This document shows positions 61,929 to 64,000 of a stretch of DNA of 64,000 bases, piece by piece; the first letter of the stretch is position 1; every line of letters starts with the position of its first letter. A program made the position numbers and the translations under genes. The notes below the pieces were generated by a model. It ran no database searches, had not been told where the DNA came from, and saw only the letters and a program-made list of their open reading frames with translations. The DNA comes from an uncultured Methylomirabilota bacterium (lineage in GTDB: Bacteria > Methylomirabilota > Methylomirabilia > Methylomirabilales > 2-02-FULL-66-22). Location: positions 4,384,001 through 4,448,000 of the forward strand of contig OY970067.1 in NCBI GenBank assembly GCA_963705305.1. The letters are read 5' to 3'.

Positions 61929-62227
61929 TTCGCCCTAAACCGATTGTCTCACGCCAAGATCGCAAAGATCGCCATTGCCAGTATGCAGTAGGCAGAGGTC
62001 AGAAGTCAGGGGTCAGAAGTCAGCCTCCAGCCAAAACTGTTCTACTTTGCGACCTTTGCGGCTTGGCGTGAGGTGCCTGCTCTTGCCTTCTCGTGCGCTC
62101 GTACGCTCTTGTTCTTTCGCCCCTGCTCCCCCTCTCCCCCTCTCCCCGGCTCCCTTCCGCCTACCCGCCCCTGGCCAGCCGGTCCGCCTCGCCCGAGACC
62201 AGCGGCGGGCGGCACCCGCATCGCCTG

Positions 62228-62812
62228 TCAGCGGCGGAGTAGCGGGGCCACCAGGGGGCCCAACACCCATCCCAGCAGCGTGAAAAGCATGACGCCGCAC
62301 ACGACCACCGCCGCCGCGTACATGGCCGCCCGCTCCTGGGGAGCCGTCATGAGGACGGGCAAGCCCAGGAAGAGGAGACAAATCCCGTAGAGCATGGCCA
62401 GAAGCTGGAGCAGCGCCGTGGCCGGGACGAGCAAAAAGATCCCCGCCAGCCAGCCCGGGGTTCCCGCGTAGACCGTCACCTTGAGGGCCGAGATGGCGTC
62501 TTTCCTGCCGGCAAAGACCGGCGCCAGGGCATCGACGATGAGGCTCAGGAGGTACACGGACAGGAGGCTGATCGCGTAGTTGGCGACGGCGTCCCGCAGC
62601 GCCGCTCCCGGAGGCATCCGGTAGGTTCCCCCCAGGGAGGTGCGGACCCCGATGACGGACAGCCCGAAGATCGACGCCGCCGGCCCGATGGCGGCCAGGG
62701 GGAGCACGTACTCCCGAAACAGCGCGGCGGCGGACGTCTTCTCGGCGCCGATGACCCCCCATTCCTCCCGGGGCTGAACCAGGATCCTTCGGGCGCGCTC
62801 GACGATGTTCAT
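62228..62812 (-). CDS. Yip1-family membrane protein
   Basis: NIVERARRIL.QP..EW..I, LAAIGP, TPGWLAG. Confidence 0.85.
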   Translation of the reverse strand: MNIVERARRILVQPREEWGVIGAEKTSAAALFREYVLPLAAIGPAASIFGLSVIGVRTSLGGTYRMPPGAALRDAVANYAISLLSVYLLSLIVDALAPVFAGRKDAISALKVTVYAGTPGWLAGIFLLVPATALLQLLAMLYGICLLFLGLPVLMTAPQERAAMYAAAVVVCGVMLFTLLGWVLGPLVAPLLRR

Positions 62813-63098
62813 TTCGACCTCATTCGGTGAGGAGAGACGAACAGAGCTTCGATCGGACAATCCTGTTTCGGCCCGGCACGAAGGGGCCTCGCATCATGAA
62901 GCTGCCCCCGTTGACGTCCGGACGCGCGGCGGTTCACGCACCGCGGTTCTAGGTTTAGGGTTCTAGGTTCGTACGATCACGGGTCGCAGCTCTAGGTTAT
63001 CAGTTCTAGGTTCGAGGTTCGAAAACCGCCAAACATAGAACTGCAGCACCTAGAACCGTCGTCAAAGACGGTTCACCGGTTCTACGTTCGAAGTTCTA

Positions 63099-63249
63099 GT
63101 GTAGTGCGTCGGAAATCTCTTGACGTTTCGTCACCCCGGCGAAAGCCGGGGTCCAGACCGTGAAATGAATCAGAAGGTGGCACCCTGGATGCCGGCTTTC
63201 GCCGGCATGACGGCCTCGCAAGAGTAAAAAAGCGTTTGACGCATTACAC
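63099..63249. mobile_element. IS630-like MITE with TA duplication
   Basis: TA|GTGTAGTGCGTC...GACGCATTACAC|TA inserted in a TTCTAGG repeat. Confidence 0.8.
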
Positions 63250-63461
63250 TAGGTTTGAGAACCGACAACCTCGAACCGCCGCACTTCGAACCGCCGCACC
63301 TAGAACCGTCTTCTACCGCTTGGCCCAGGCTGCTCAAAAAGGTCCAGATGCAAGGCGCCGCGCGATCCGAGGCGCGAGGCGTACTTAGCGCGTACGTCGC
63401 AGCGCCGCGGGAGCGCGGGGGGCACCTGTCCGCAGGACGGGTCCCCGCAGATGGGCCTTTT

Positions 63462-64000
63462 TCAGCAGCCTGCCAAAGACTCCACCTGCCGCCGGAGGCC
63501 TTCCTCCAGAGGCACACGGGGCGCGAAGCCCAACGCCTGGCGGGCGCGTGTCGTGTCGGCCCACGTGTGACCGACGTCGCCGGGCAGCGGCTCCCGATAC
63601 TCGCGGTGGATGGATCGGCCCACGATCTCCTCCAGCACGGCCACCACCCGGTTCACGCTGACGCGCGAGCCGCCCCCGATGTTGAAGACGCGGCCCTCCC
63701 CCGCCGGGGCCAGGGCCAACCAGTTCGCCTCCACGGCGTCTCCGACGAAGGTGAAGTCCCGTGTCTGCTCGCCGTCGCCATAGATCAGGATGGGAGAATC
63801 GGACAGCGCCGCCCGGATGAACTTGTGAAAGGCCATGTCGGGCCGCTGCCGGGGCCCGTACACAGTGAAGTAGCGCAAGGCCGTAACGGGCAGGCCGTAG
63901 TTGGCGTGATACAGGAGGCAGAGGTGCTCCGCCGCCAGCTTGGTCACCCCGTAGGGGGAGTACGGTCGCGGCAGCGACTCCTCCTTCAGGGGGAGATCGC
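63462..64000 (-). CDS. NAD-dependent epimerase/dehydratase, 5' part outside window
   Basis: PYGVTK, YFTVYGPRQRPDMA, GDGEQTRDFT. Confidence 0.92.
   Translation of the reverse strand, partial: DLPLKEESLPRPYSPYGVTKLAAEHLCLLYHANYGLPVTALRYFTVYGPRQRPDMAFHKFIRAALSDSPILIYGDGEQTRDFTFVGDAVEANWLALAPAGEGRVFNIGGGSRVSVNRVVAVLEEIVGRSIHREYREPLPGDVGHTWADTTRARQALGFAPRVPLEEGLRRQVESLAGC

Overview
High-GC bacterial chromosomal window with no rRNA, tRNA or CRISPR array that I can support. 1-12.3 kb is a co-oriented (minus strand) array of toxin-antitoxin-type cassettes: 8 minimal nucleotidyltransferases (MNT) with HEPN/DUF86/HI0074-type partners plus a DUF4160/DUF2442-like pair. The array is interleaved with surface-polysaccharide genes (gmd, EPS-type MarR, then a four-helix-bundle gene and Wzz/GNVR). 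The cassettes are punctuated by a strictly oriented ~29-bp site (GGGGACGTTGYRACMTTAWTKACYTT). An intact IS110-family element has inserted into one copy of this site at its AC core. Its 3' non-coding end folds into a two-loop bridge-RNA-like structure whose guides match the array site and the element's own end junction, and joining the ends creates a TTGACA-17-TAGTAT promoter. The rest of the window is mainly metabolic: sugar ABC with IlvD/Edd dehydratase; MerR-nuoB-nuoI-moaA-2-oxoacid dehydrogenase; RNase Z-like; iorAB; metF; a DRE-TIM enzyme; a PLP/ABC/isomerase/M24/amidohydrolase/D-Thr aldolase cluster; frameshifted metH and aroK. It also holds an intact IS4 with an 11-bp target duplication and an ISNCY remnant. 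Intergenic DNA is dense with nested 7/8/9-mer degenerate repeats and several MITE/REP-like families. All family assignments come from motif recognition by eye, not from database searches.
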